Source of the DNA: Takakia lepidozioides
Taxonomy: Eukaryota; Plantae; Bryophyta
Length of the DNA: 64,000 bases
Assembly (NCBI GenBank): GCA_030704615.1
Contig: CM060733.1
Location: 12,772,001 to 12,836,000, forward strand
Direction of reading: 5' to 3'
Shown here: piece after piece, positions 35,601 to 46,707 of the stretch
Numbering within the stretch: position 1 is the stretch's first letter
How the letters are laid out: every line of letters begins with the position of its first letter
Made by a program: the position numbers and the translations under genes
Notes under the pieces: generated by a model
The model's database searches: none
Seen by the model: only the letters and a program-made list of their open reading frames with translations
What the model was told of the DNA's origin: nothing

Positions 35601-36238
35601 TAATGACCTGTGTATTTGGCAAGCCCAAGTACGGGATTCAGGGAATGCCGGAGCCTCCGGGCGTCTGGCCTGTTGCACCGGGTTGCAGCCTCTCTCAGAA
35701 TGAGGCGGATGCTCTATCTGCAGCAGGATTTTGAATGGTGCAACGCACAGACATCCCGGCCCACGCATTTCCGGTTCCTCAGACCCAGCCATTGCATACT
35801 GCTCGGTCCAGTAGAGACGGATTGGACAATTCTGCACATCCCACAATGCGATTCGGAAGAGTGAAGAGACGACACCCTCCCAACAAGTTGAATGAGACTC
35901 GGATTGCCAATGCTCTTGGGATGGCTTGCACTATTCAGAGCTCCGTGGACGTACCCCCACCCGGCCTTGGGCGTGTGTATCGGATGGCAACGGCCGGCTC
36001 GGCTGTACGCGACGATGTATACACAATTACGATTGGAGTGGAGCCGACTTGCAACTGTACGGACTTCTCGTTGATGGAAGCAAAGAAGGGTTCGAAGTAT
36101 TATCCGTGCAAGCATCTGTATTACATTTACCTGAAGAGGTTGAGGATGAACGTGACTATTGATGACTTTATTCATGCACCGGCGTTGAGCGTGAACGAGC
36201 TGCACAAACTCCTTCTTAGGGATTCCAGAAATCATTGA
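32646..36238 (+). CDS. Mutator-like transposase of X: GCM-like Zn domain, DDE core, SWIM finger; one intron and one in-frame TGA
   Basis: MFDHIKR (D1), FMADNAQA (D2), CGFH (CxxH), TTNMAES (E), CNCTDF...PCKH (SWIM). Intron 34734-34819 is supported by the intronless Y homolog. TGA at 35732-35734 is followed in frame by the SWIM segment. Confidence 0.88.
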
Positions 36239-36395
36239 TGGGGCAAACGGAATCCTCCATATGGATATTTTCAAATGCATTTTGCTGTATCAGACTTTTT
36301 TTTTGCAGTGTAATGAAATGCACCCCAAAACTCCTGGAATGAGGCAATATTCCATTCAAACTGAGATCCAACAGAAGCAGTTCTGGGGCCATTTC

Positions 36396-36760
36396 TGGAA
36401 AAATGGCGCCGAATTTCTCTTTTTGGGGCCGAAAACTCGCTAAGTCCCAACATGCACTGGTACCTGTGTTTGGGAAAATGGCGCCGAATTTCTCTTTTTG
36501 GGGCCGAAAACTGGCTAAGTCCCAACATGCACTGGTACCGTGTCTGGAAAAATGGCGCCGAATTTCTCTTTTTTGGGCCGAAAACTGGCTAAGTCCGAAC
36601 ATGCACTGGAAAAATGGCGCCGAATTACCTGTCATGAGGGGACCTATAGCCGCGGAATTCGGCACCATTTTTCGCCAGAGAGACCTATTGCCGCGAAATA
36701 CGTCGCCGTTTTTTCAGGTTACGGACCCTATTACCGCGAAATTCGGCGCCATATTTGCAC
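36396..36760. repeat. Palindrome array downstream of the X transposase
   Basis: Repeats of GGAAAAATGGCGCCGAATTTCTC...GCTAAGTCCC, sharing motifs with the intronic array. Confidence 0.85.
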
Positions 36761-36961
36761 ATGTCGCTAGGAATTGGCATGAGCGGAAGACAAAATATCA
36801 TGAGCACAACTGTCAAAAGTGCAATTTTCCCTTCAAGGGGCCGAATAATATATTTGTTTTTTCTGACACATTGCATTAAATTGTTGTTTTTTATTGTTTT
36901 TTATTGTTTTTTATTTTCGAAATTTGTACTTCTGCTCATGAAAACCGATTGTGTTACTACT

Positions 36962-37017
36962 CTGCTCATGCCGCTCATGCCGCTCATGCCGCTCATGCTC
37001 ATGAAATAGCAAACCTC
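36962..37017 (-). repeat. Right TIR and subterminal repeats of X
   Basis: CTGCTCATG(CCGCTCATG)3CTCATGAAATAGCAAACCTC. Confidence 0.9.
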
Positions 37018-37130
37018 CTGTTAGACGTGCCATTTCCACAAAAACAGTGCACCCGGATGGTTTAATAATATGTATGAGAGTAGGAAGATGAAACATCAAA
37101 CAATGAGATATTGAAGAGGGATGATTTTTA

Positions 37131-40100
37131 CCTTTCTTGTCTGAGTGTGTAGAGGGGTGGTATTGATGCAAGTATATTTCCTTGATAATACGGAAATAGA
37201 GCTGCCCCTGGAGTAAGAAAAGAGCTCCAATGCAAAGGAATCATCGGAGCCCTGCAAGAACACCAAGCATCCATTGTCATCCAACAGGTCATTAGCAATG
37301 GATAATGCATACTCCCAATACGGTTTATCAAAAGCATTCCAGGGAGGAACCTGTACACCATCCAAACAGCCCTGTACAGGCATTCCTGTTGGGCAGTCCA
37401 CGATGATCATGTCCATAGCCACAGGCACGTTTTTTCCATCCACAACACTAGACCAAGTTCCTGGCAACTGCAAACAACATACATAAAATGTAGGAGTCAA
37501 TAGCCGGATGATGAGGATATAAAAACATCGAAGAATTCCTTACATTCAAGTTTGTTTGTTGGGGGAAACTCACATTTTTTAAGAACTCCATGAGCTCTTT
37601 CAAGGTCGCATCAAGAGATGTACTTGAGGCCTCCACCATATCAATGAAATGAGTAGGCATGATCTTCATGCGATACATGCTAGGTGCACCACCAGAAAAT
37701 GACACTGCACTGTAAGGATGTTCACCTGCCTTTGGCTTGTTTCCTCGAGTAGTAGGTGCAGGCACTACAACCAACTGATTTGAAGGATGTGAAGAACTAC
37801 CAATAGGACCAGCAATAGAAGCCACACCTGCATTGACATCCGCACCTTTTCTTTTTCGTGATTTGCGTTTTGGTACACCCACAACGGCAGGGACCACTTG
37901 GGCTACAGCGTCAGCGGCCTGTGTAGCAATCTGTTCTGCATGCTCCAGATCAAGAACAGGGACTTCAGTGGAGATACCCCCTTCATCACTCACTGACTGC
38001 CTGCGAACACATTCCTTATGAAGTCCCATTTCTGCATAGGGGATAGTACCCTTGGGCATATCCAAATACCAACCCCCCCCCTTCCCGGTGTTCCACACCC
38101 CAATCTTCCTCAATTGCAGGTGTGTACATGGAAGCTTGTTGAGCACCAAACTTCCAGGCCATTAGAAACTTGGGCTCAGCCTTAAGTCGATCACTCGGTA
38201 CAAGCACAAATCTCATGTACCTAAAATACAAACACATTCAAAGTTATTGTGGAGACAAATATTTATGCAACCTGTTCAACAATTGAACAAGCACATTAAG
38301 AAACATGTATATCCCAATGTACTAGAAAAATACTTGAAGCATAAACATTTTTTACTTACAAGGTGTATACACTATCCATGTACAATGCAATGGAAAGATG
38401 GTACCTGAATAAAATCCGTCTCACCACCTTCTCTCCACCTGTTTGTTGTTCCCAATCATTGCCTCTGAATGGCCCCTTTGGCAATGAGAACTCTCTATGA
38501 AACAACTCATTGAAATGAGTCATCTTCCATGACCTGAAAGTTACATTCAGATCTTGTTTCTTTTCCAGAATAATTGTCTGTTTGGCATCTAGAGAAAGAG
38601 GATCACTAGATATTGTATCCTCTTCATACTCATCTGCCCCCCAATTCCCTGCATCAATGTTGTCAATAATGGTTGCAAGCGTCCCGGCCTCCACAACTTC
38701 AGTTGTAGTAGTAATTTCCTAATTCCATAAACCAAAACAGTTCAAGATGTCAGTGTATGAGAAGAGCACATGTGTGAATGTATAATATGTAAAAAGAGCA
38801 GTTCAGTGTCATGGTTGCATGAAGAAAACAAATGAATTTGGATAGTCAACTAATTCCTTGAATATCCTTGTCTTTCAAAGCTTACAACTTGGAGCATAAT
38901 ACATGACCTCCAACCACCTACGCTGGCGCATATGACACATATGTGCAACCAACTCAAAATTTGACAAGATTTGAGGGCCTTGAAGAAATTTTTGCTCAAG
39001 GAGCTCCAAGCATATGCGCCGGCGCATACCATGGAAGGGAGGTTGTAGCCAAACATACAGGAGCACCTTGAAAGATCAAACTAGGCCTATGGAAGCATGT
39101 GGAGTTGTGGAGGTGGCAACGTAGAAGCTTTGAGATACTTGAATATTGTGATCAACCAAAATAGGGAAGGTTCCCCAAGCGTCTGCGCCGACGGAGGTGG
39201 CAGCCTCGACACTTTGGAGCTTACGTAACACAAGGAATATACAACAAAAAACCAAGCTCCAAGCATCTTCGCCGGCGGAGATGCTTGCATGAGGTTCCTG
39301 AAACCTAGGAGCTGAGCAAAAAAAGATTGTGCTCAATGGGTATGCGCCGGCAGATATGGCAGCCCAGCCCGCTCGGAGCATCAACAACTTATGAGAATGT
39401 GGAGAAACAAAAGAGATGGAGGGGGGGGGGGGGGGGGGGGGACTTCCTGAAATATGTGAGCAGCCCTGCTGCACGGGTCTGCGTTGACAGAGGTGGTAGC
39501 CTTGGCGCTTTGGAGCTTCCGTAACACAGGGAATATGCAAAAAAAACCAAGCTCCAAGTGTCTCCGCCGGCGGAGACGCTTGCAGGAGGTTCCTGAAACC
39601 TATGAGCTGAGCAAAAAAAAATGTACTCAATGGGTATGCGCCGGCGGATATGCCAGCGCAGCCCGCTCGGAGCATCAACAACTTTTGAGCATGCGGAAAA
39701 ACAAAGGAGATGGAAAATGGGAGAACTTCCTGAAACATTTGAGCAGCCTTGCTGCACAGGTATGCGCCGGCGGATACGCCAGCCCAACCCGCTCGGAGCA
39801 TTAGCAACGTATGAGCATGCAAAAAAATAAACGGGATGGGAGTAGAGGAGCACTTCCTGAAACATGTGAGAATCCCAGCTCCAACGGTATGCGCCGGCGG
39901 AGGTGGCAGCCCAGCCCTTCCAAGCATCAGAAAAAACCAAGGGGAATGAGCTGTCTCCACCGGCGGAGACGGTTGTGTATATGTGTGGAGATTCGCAAAC
40001 TTGTGAGAGTTGAAGTGACTTAGGCATCTGCGCCGGCGGAGGTGCTAGATTAGGAGCAGCTTGGTGGGGCTTATGCGATGGCGCATATGCCTAAGTGCAG

Positions 40101-40210
40101 GTCATGAAAAAAAACAAAACTACAGCTTACCTTCTCCGTCCGCAGCTTGCCTCTACCACCACCACCACCAGCAACGCCTCCCCCTCGAGTGTCCTTCTTC
40201 CTCCCCATCG
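37131..40210 (-). pseudogene. 5' and middle exons of the Y methyltransferase-like gene; ParB exons not found
   Basis: EKVVRRILFR|YMRFVLV..EPKFLMAW; YSAVSF; MDMIIVDCPTG...VPPWNAFDKPYW...LLDDNGCLVFL, all aligning to X exons 5-7. Confidence 0.8.
39010..40045. repeat. Y-specific palindrome array (~10 CGCCGGCG-core sites, ~294-bp period)
   Basis: Perfect 16-mers TATGCGCCGGCGCATA (39013-39028) and TCTCCGCCGGCGGAGA (39561-39576), plus variants. Confidence 0.8.
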
Positions 40211-40493
40211 CCGCAACAGCTCGTTGCCTCGGGGTGGTATAGTATAAGGCCGAGATGCGGCGCCTCCGTCTCCTCTTCGCAACGGGAGTCTCCAGGGTGT
40301 AGAGACTAGAGACGTGTTAAGTGCTTGTGTAGTTTGTGTGTGTTTGTTTGGGGGAGTGGCAAGGGATAATGTGCAAGTATACTAGACTACGTTAGTGTAG
40401 TAATGATACCGGGTTAGTCATGTAGTAATGACAACAAGTTTAACTGAATAGAAACAGTTTATTAACAAAAAAGTAAAGGTTGTTTCATTGAAT

Positions 40494-40563
40494 AGAGCAT
40501 GGCTTGGTGGTAAGGTTGTGGTGTATTTTCCACTAGGTTGCGGGTTCAAACCTGTGCCCGCCA
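40494..40563 (+). other. tRNA-like sequence (Pol III A and B boxes)
   Basis: TGGCTTGGTGGT and GCGGGTTCAAACCTGT; ends in CCA; acceptor and anticodon stems pair poorly. Confidence 0.5.
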
Positions 40564-41254
40564 ACGAGAGCGGGGGGGAAGGGGGGCTCGCTAAGGCCTT
40601 AAAAAGACCAAATTGGCCAAATCTGAAATGTGAACCTTTTTTATACACTCTGGCGTTAGTGCTTTTTAGACTACATGGGTTACACGTGGATCCTTAGAAG
40701 ATGGTTGTACGATTGACATGTTACTTTGTGGCGGCGCCTTCATAATACAATATAAAGTAAGTGATAAAATAAGTAAATATTTTATTATGGGTGTCTTAAT
40801 CAATTTATTGGTTTTAGAGTCAATTGTCGCCACAAATACTTGTACTCATTACTCATACATGAGTAATCAAAGAACAAATCAACATACATGTCATGGGATT
40901 TTATTGTAAATAAATTGTGCCGTCTAGTGTGTCAGTTCATAGTTGGACGATTAATCAACGATTGGTTGTAAAATAAATGGAAACATGCAGAGCATTTATG
41001 TTTCATATGCTCATAAGAAGAAGGCAGTACATTGGATTCTAAGATCTCAACAACGGCGCCGTCGTCGATAGTCCATTTAGTTGTTTCTGTCAGAGAATAA
41101 TATGGATGGAGCACATGCCTCAAAAAATTTGGACCTTCTGGATCGATGATACACATAAGTAATGTAAGCCATTTAATGTATTTGCATAAGGTCTTGCAAG
41201 ATGTGCGCTTTCATTCATTTTGCATCTTCTCTCAAACTTTGAGGGCATTGCCAA

Positions 41255-44200
41255 ATGTCTACACCAAAATATGCATTGCTTTCATGTCCACTTGATGCAA
41301 AAGTGGTTCGTTATCCTTGCAATGGAAACAAGTGCATTATCCCAGAACCTTGGTTATGCAGTAGATTCAAACTTGTTCCGGGTTCAGTTTTTTTGGAGGA
41401 TGATGGAGATGATGATGCTTCCACAGTGTTGCTTCCAGTTTTCAATGACGGCCAAAAGCAATGGGAGTTGTTTCCAGACACTTTCTCTAAGTATCGTGTC
41501 ACAGGTACGAGCTATACACAGTCACATGATGAGAGGCACACTTCTATTGCAAGAAAGAATGATCAAGCTGCAACAAATGGGAGTTGTAAATTGAAGGAGG
41601 AGGTTGCAGATTCGGTGAGCTTGGGGTCTCATAATTCGGATTGTGTTGAGGTTTCTAAAAGTGTATTTTGTGGATCTCAACCTTCCTCATCTGCTCATAC
41701 GGTCTTGCTTCACGACATGAAGCCTCGGAAAACTCCATTGGACAACACCACGTCTGATTGTTGCGAATCTGCGAGGGGTTTATCTTCATCTCCACGACTA
41801 GCAGGGGAGGCTACATCTGCATTTCCTTCTGGTGTGTTGTCCATTTTGAGTATCTTGGCCACTGCTTGGAGGAATGGATCAAAATGAGAGCTTTCTACCT
41901 TGGACTATAGTCACATTCCAGTGCATCGTGTTTGGTGTCTTCCTCGAGCTTTTCATGGAAAAGTGATCCACGAACTCCCCCCCGTGGTCAAACTACGTAC
42001 GGACCGTGGTTCACAGTCCCTCCAAGGCATGAACCGCAAGTTTGATGGTCATCCTTGGTGCAAGACCAATACCTACAATATGTCTGGTGTTCGAGATCAT
42101 GTGAAATGTAGTAAGGTTCTTTGTGTTGGAAAGCTCATATGTCAAAGCAGCACTTGCCCCTTCTTCAAGAAAGAAGGAGAACGGAATGACCGCTATTGGG
42201 AAGGTAATGCAGACAAGGTGTTCATTGCAAGAGCCCAAGTTCCATTCAACCAGTTCAAGTGTAGTTTCTGCAAAAAAAGACCTTTCTGTGAGGCGCATTG
42301 TGGGGCAAGAATGTACTATGTCACAAGTTCCCTTCCAACATATACACGTGTTGCAGTTCACGTTGGGTTTCATTACCATCCATGTGCCAAGGGCGAGAAT
42401 AGAGAGGCTGCGGAAAATGCATCAAGCATGATTCAAGAGCACGTTAAGATGAAGCCATGGTCGACCCCGGGAGCTATTTCCTTGTCAATGGCCCAAAAGC
42501 TCTTGATTGATTGAGTTCTTGTGGCTGATGGCACAGAGACAGTACATCTTGAGGGAGAGGCTTTGGAAGATATTCTTGAAGAGTTTGCCCATGTTTGTAG
42601 CCCCAATGTGAAAAACAAGGTCGCATCTGCACGTGTCAATTCCATCATGTCCATATTGGAGTTGAAGCGTCTGAGTACATACCATTTCATTCACAGCAAT
42701 CTCCTTCCAGGCCAGCATACTTCTCATCTCCCCCATGTTTTCAAGATGTCTGTTGCTGGTCCCGGGAGTGGTGTTGATCTTGTGCGTCGCATGAGTGAGA
42801 GGGATCTACGCACAAGTTGGGTAGTATTTGACCATGTCAAACACATCAAGGATTAGACAACTCTTGCGTGTCATGTCTATGAACCATATGTCAAGCGAAT
42901 GATGACCATTGCCATTTGCGATATGAAAACAGGGGATGCACATGCTCAGGTGTTATTCTAGGAGATGATCAATGAACAAGCAAAACTTGCTGGCTTGAAC
43001 AAACCAAATTTTGCTGGCTTCATGGCGGATGCAGCAAGAGCGAATTGGGCTGTTGTTCGAAGGGTTTATGGATCTGATCCCAATGTCCCAATGGAAGGTA
43101 AAGAAAGAACATGTTTATATCATTGGGCTGAAAGCCTCCGAAGACACACCAACGACTATATCTTGGAGGACTTCCGTGAAAGGCACACTCAGCTCTATTA
43201 TGAATGGAAAGATAGTGCTACCTTGGAGGATGCTACAACCACATACATTGCAATTCGGGCTTGGTGGCTCTCTTCAGGAGCATGCACAGAAAAGAGTCTG
43301 CCAAAACTGGATTCATGGCTTGCATGGTGGTACTACAGATATCGAATGTGGGGCCAATGGATGAGAGAGGACATGGATGTGGAGGAAGATGCAGATATGC
43401 CTACCACTAATTTGTCTGAGGCAGTCCATTCTGCTTGGTGGAAGACAGCAGGCAATGGGAAAAAAATGAAGGTGGACCTATATGAGGCCACCATGCATGA
43501 CATGTCACGAGCTCTTTTGCAGCAGACAACATTTTACAGGCACACCACAGGACAGACATGGGGGACGGGGCCCGACAAAGAGGAGCTCATGTTGCGTCAA
43601 GCAGCTAGATCTATATAGCCCAACAAAAATGGGTAAGGTTGTACGTGGCATAGTAGCTGGAACACCCATGCACACAAGGGGGGTTCAATTGGAGGGAGAC
43701 AATCGCACTGTTCCAGTCAAACGCAAGTTAGGCGATGAGCATGATGGGCCAAACGAATCTTGGAGGTGTGATATGAATGTAAAGACCGTTCCAGTGCGCG
43801 CCACTGGGATGCCCAGTCCACACCAGCCATCTAGGTTTGTCAGCTCCAAATCAAGTCATGACATTCCTGGTTCTTTGACTTTCTGTGAGACAAATCCACA
43901 TGTTGCTATCCCTCCTCAGTCAATGCAATGGGGAAATCCAGTGAGAGAGACACAAGACTTTTCCGATGCATTGTTTAGGATTCAGCGGACATGTCATGCT
44001 TCCATGGTTCGTTGTTCTGCCTTGGTTGGAGTTTCCAAGGATAAATGCAAAGCGCTCATCAGGAAAGGTAAAGGAAGTCCTGCACCTTGCTTCACTGGCA
44101 AGTTACTAGCACCGAACATGAAAGAACCAAAACTGCAAGTTTTTTGGTTTTGCCCCACAGATGTTTTGTCGTGTGTTGGAGGGACCGTGCCATCCTATTG

Positions 44201-44537
44201 CTTGGGAAAACCGGGTATACCTAACGTGTGGCCTGTGAAGGTTGGAACCAACCTTACACAAGGTTATGAGAGAATTTACCAGCTACAAACAGAGGGATCT
44301 ACCAGAGCAGGATTGGTTTACAATGTATACATTGGTCAGTTTCCATCTTGTGATTGTCCCGACTTTGATGAGCTATCTGTCAAGAAGAAAAAACAAACAT
44401 ATCTACCTTGTAAGCACATGTACTTCATGTACAACGTGCATCTAGGATGCGCCGGGGCTTATGAGATCCACCAACCTTCCCTTAGCCAGTTAGAGGTTAG
44501 GGCTATGCTAAAGAAGGACCCTAGTTCAACTTCTTAG
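41255..44537 (+). pseudogene. Transposase pseudogene of Y, homolog of the X transposase
   Basis: DGHPWC, VFDHVKH, FMADAARA, CLYH, TTNLSE and SWIM CDCPDF...PCKH. Stops at ~41885, 42512, 42854 and 42959; frameshift at ~43615. Confidence 0.9.
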
Positions 44538-44625
44538 TGACACATGAAATGCACAAAAAAAGAACCTCTAACTTGTGCCGTTCATTTTCATGCATGTGAC
44601 ATGTAATTATCTTGTTACTACTTTA

Positions 44626-44851
44626 TTCCAAACATGACACATAACATTTGTTAGTACAGAAGTTCCTATTTTGGTTAAAATGGAACTTGTATACTTGTCA
44701 TACAAGTTTTCAAATTATAGAACTGCTTGGCATTACAAACAGACATGCAATGTGGTGGTTCCAAACATGACACATATGCATTTGTTAGTACAAAAGTCCA
44801 TATTTTGGTTAATATGAAACTGTTTTCCTTGAATACAAGTTTGCAAACTAT
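44626..44851. repeat. Two diverged ~92-bp direct repeats flanking a 45-bp antisense fragment of the X transposase
   Basis: TTCCAAACATGACACAT at 44626 and 44759; 44717-44761 is the reverse complement of 33615-33659 at 44/45 nt. Confidence 0.9.
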
Positions 44852-45294
44852 TACTTTGGCCATGGATCTTGTATTCTCTTCAGTTTAAGGTGGTGCATTA
44901 GTTGGAGTTAGGGGTCACATGCATCTTTGACCATTGACTACTGATTTTGTTAGCTAAGTTTTTTATTATTTATTTATTTATTCTATATACATATGATGTA
45001 ACATTTGCATATGCAATAAATACGTCGTATTCTATGTTATATAACTCCACTGCATACAATCTACAATGAGTGCATACAAATGTGTCACATGCATATATAA
45101 TAAGGGATTTTGTGCATGCATGCACGCAACCTGTGCATATGGAATAGCAACCCCCGTCCACCATCACTGGTCTGCAACATTGGTCTGCCCAGGTCTGCCC
45201 AGGTCTACCAGTCTGCTCAATGGGTCTGCCATTTTGATTTGCAGCTGTTCCATTGTGCTGATGCGCCCTGCGTTGTGGCAGGTCTCATTGGAGT

Positions 45295-45702
45295 TTGGTG
45301 ATTATTGACCGGGTGCTCCGCGTGTTCATTCATCTGAACTCAATCAAGGAGATGCACAAACCCGTGGAGATATTGCCATGGGTTCGAAATGTGTATGGAG
45401 CATGTCTCGACTTGGAGCCGCACATTGCGTCGTGGGATGAGGCCACTGCATTCAATTTTCATGTCCCTGAAGTGCCACAACAACCCTTCTCATGGAAATG
45501 TGGCTTTTACGTCATGTCATTTATCGAGGGGTTCTACGACTGGTTGAAGGGCAATCGTGGCAAAGGACTTAGAGAGAGAGGAAAGCCATTTACCTCAAAG
45601 TGGTTTACATTCCGTTATGCTTGCAGGCAACGCCTAAAGTGTGTTGAGTACATTTTGAAAGCACTCAGTACTATGGAGAATGTAGTTGTAGAAAGGCAGT
45701 AG
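45295..45702 (+). pseudogene. Ulp1-like (C48) cysteine protease C-terminal fragment or exon
   Basis: VPEVPQQPFSWKCGFYVMSFIE matches the PQQ-x3-4-CG-x-FV catalytic Cys motif; Ulp1 cargo is known in plant MULEs. Confidence 0.65.
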
Positions 45703-45925
45703 TTATCTAGGAAGATGTCGGACGTGTCAGACTCTTCCGATGTCCGGGTTATTTCATCTATGCCGGGCAATAAATGAAATTTACTCATGTGGTCTGTGGT
45801 GCAGGTCTGTTCATTTTTATATATGATGTGTCTGTTCACTTTTGTGCATCATTTCATTAGTCTGTTGTCGTGGTCTACTGCTAAACATTTCTGGTCGATG
45901 TTTTGTATTGAGTAGTGCTCCACGT

Positions 45926-46652
45926 TGTCGCGGCCCTTTGCCTTGAGGGCAGGGGGTCGGGACACATGAGGGGCTGCCCCTGTGGTGGGGGCAGCGGCAG
46001 CGATAGGTATGGGGGGCTGAGGCACCCTTGAGTGCCCAAGGCACTCAGGGAAGCGGAGGTGCTCACTAGGTGGAGCCCCGCACACCGGGTTGCGGTGGGG
46101 GTAGCTCCACAAGGGGTGGTGGTAGCTTAGTGGGACTTAGTGGGGGTGGCATAGGACTCACCATGGGGGCGGAGACCTCGTGGTGGGAGTCGTGGGGAGT
46201 CTTGGGACTCATCACGGTCCATAGGGGCCGTGGTGAGCGGGCCAAGACTCACCGCGACTCACCACCGGGAATCGAGGGTCTTCGTGGTGGTTCGCCATAA
46301 AATGGCATGGCTGGTTGTGAAACCCCCGTGGACAGCTACAGAAGTATATATAGGGAGTAGTAACCCCGAGAACGGTGCAAGCCCGTTGGTGACCAAAAGC
46401 TAGTGAGTAAGCGAGCGAGCCGGAAAGCGACCAAAGAGTGGGGAGCTGTTCCGGACTGCCATTTACCAAAGGGAATTCTCCTAGTCCCAATTAGGTGGAG
46501 GGTTTTAGAGGGAAGTGAAAGGGGACCGTTATGTCCCGGTGAGCAGCCGAAGCTCCAAGTTGGCCCGGGCGGCCAGGTTGGGAGTCAGGCGCGCGCATCA
46601 AAGCGAGTAACTATGACTTGAAGGGGAGTTTACCGAAGTGGGGTGCGCGACA
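45926..46652 (+). repeat. 5' LTR of B (727 bp)
   Basis: 7-bp terminal inverted repeat; first 94 bp identical to 52157-52250. Confidence 0.95.
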
Positions 46653-46654
46653 CT

Positions 46655-46666
46655 TGGTATCAGAGC
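46655..46666 (+). promoter_or_regulatory. Primer-binding site (tRNA-iMet) of B
   Basis: TGGTATCAGAGC, 2 nt after the LTR. Confidence 0.95.
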
Positions 46667-46707
46667 TTAGAGTTCAGTTAGCGATTGTCCTTGGGATTGG
46701 CCTCATC

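Larger units (their letters stand above)
22564..37017. mobile_element. Complete 14,454-bp Mutator-like DNA transposon X
   Basis: TSD CTGTTAGA at 22556-22563 and 37018-37025. TIRs GGGGGCTGCTATTTCATGAGC and (reverse complement) GAGGTTTGCTATTTCATGAGC, with CATGAGCGG subterminal repeats. The two flanks rejoin into the Y gene. Confidence 0.93.
17086..45925. mobile_element. Large decayed Mutator-like element Y (host of X and of chromovirus B); right end probably outside the window
   Basis: Composition shifts at 17086, starting GGGAAGTCGCTCATTTTCTTGTGC, which resembles the X TIR. GGTCTGCCCAGG-type motifs recur at ~17310, 21800 and 45180. Contains transposase, MTase-like and Ulp1-like pseudogenes. 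Both boundaries are inferred. Confidence 0.6.

Noticed and set aside
45913-45917. TAGTG as a CACTA element terminus
   Set aside because: No matching left TIR or 3-bp TSD (CACTC at 17073 and CACTAG at 11965 do not pair with it), and no CACTA transposase is present.
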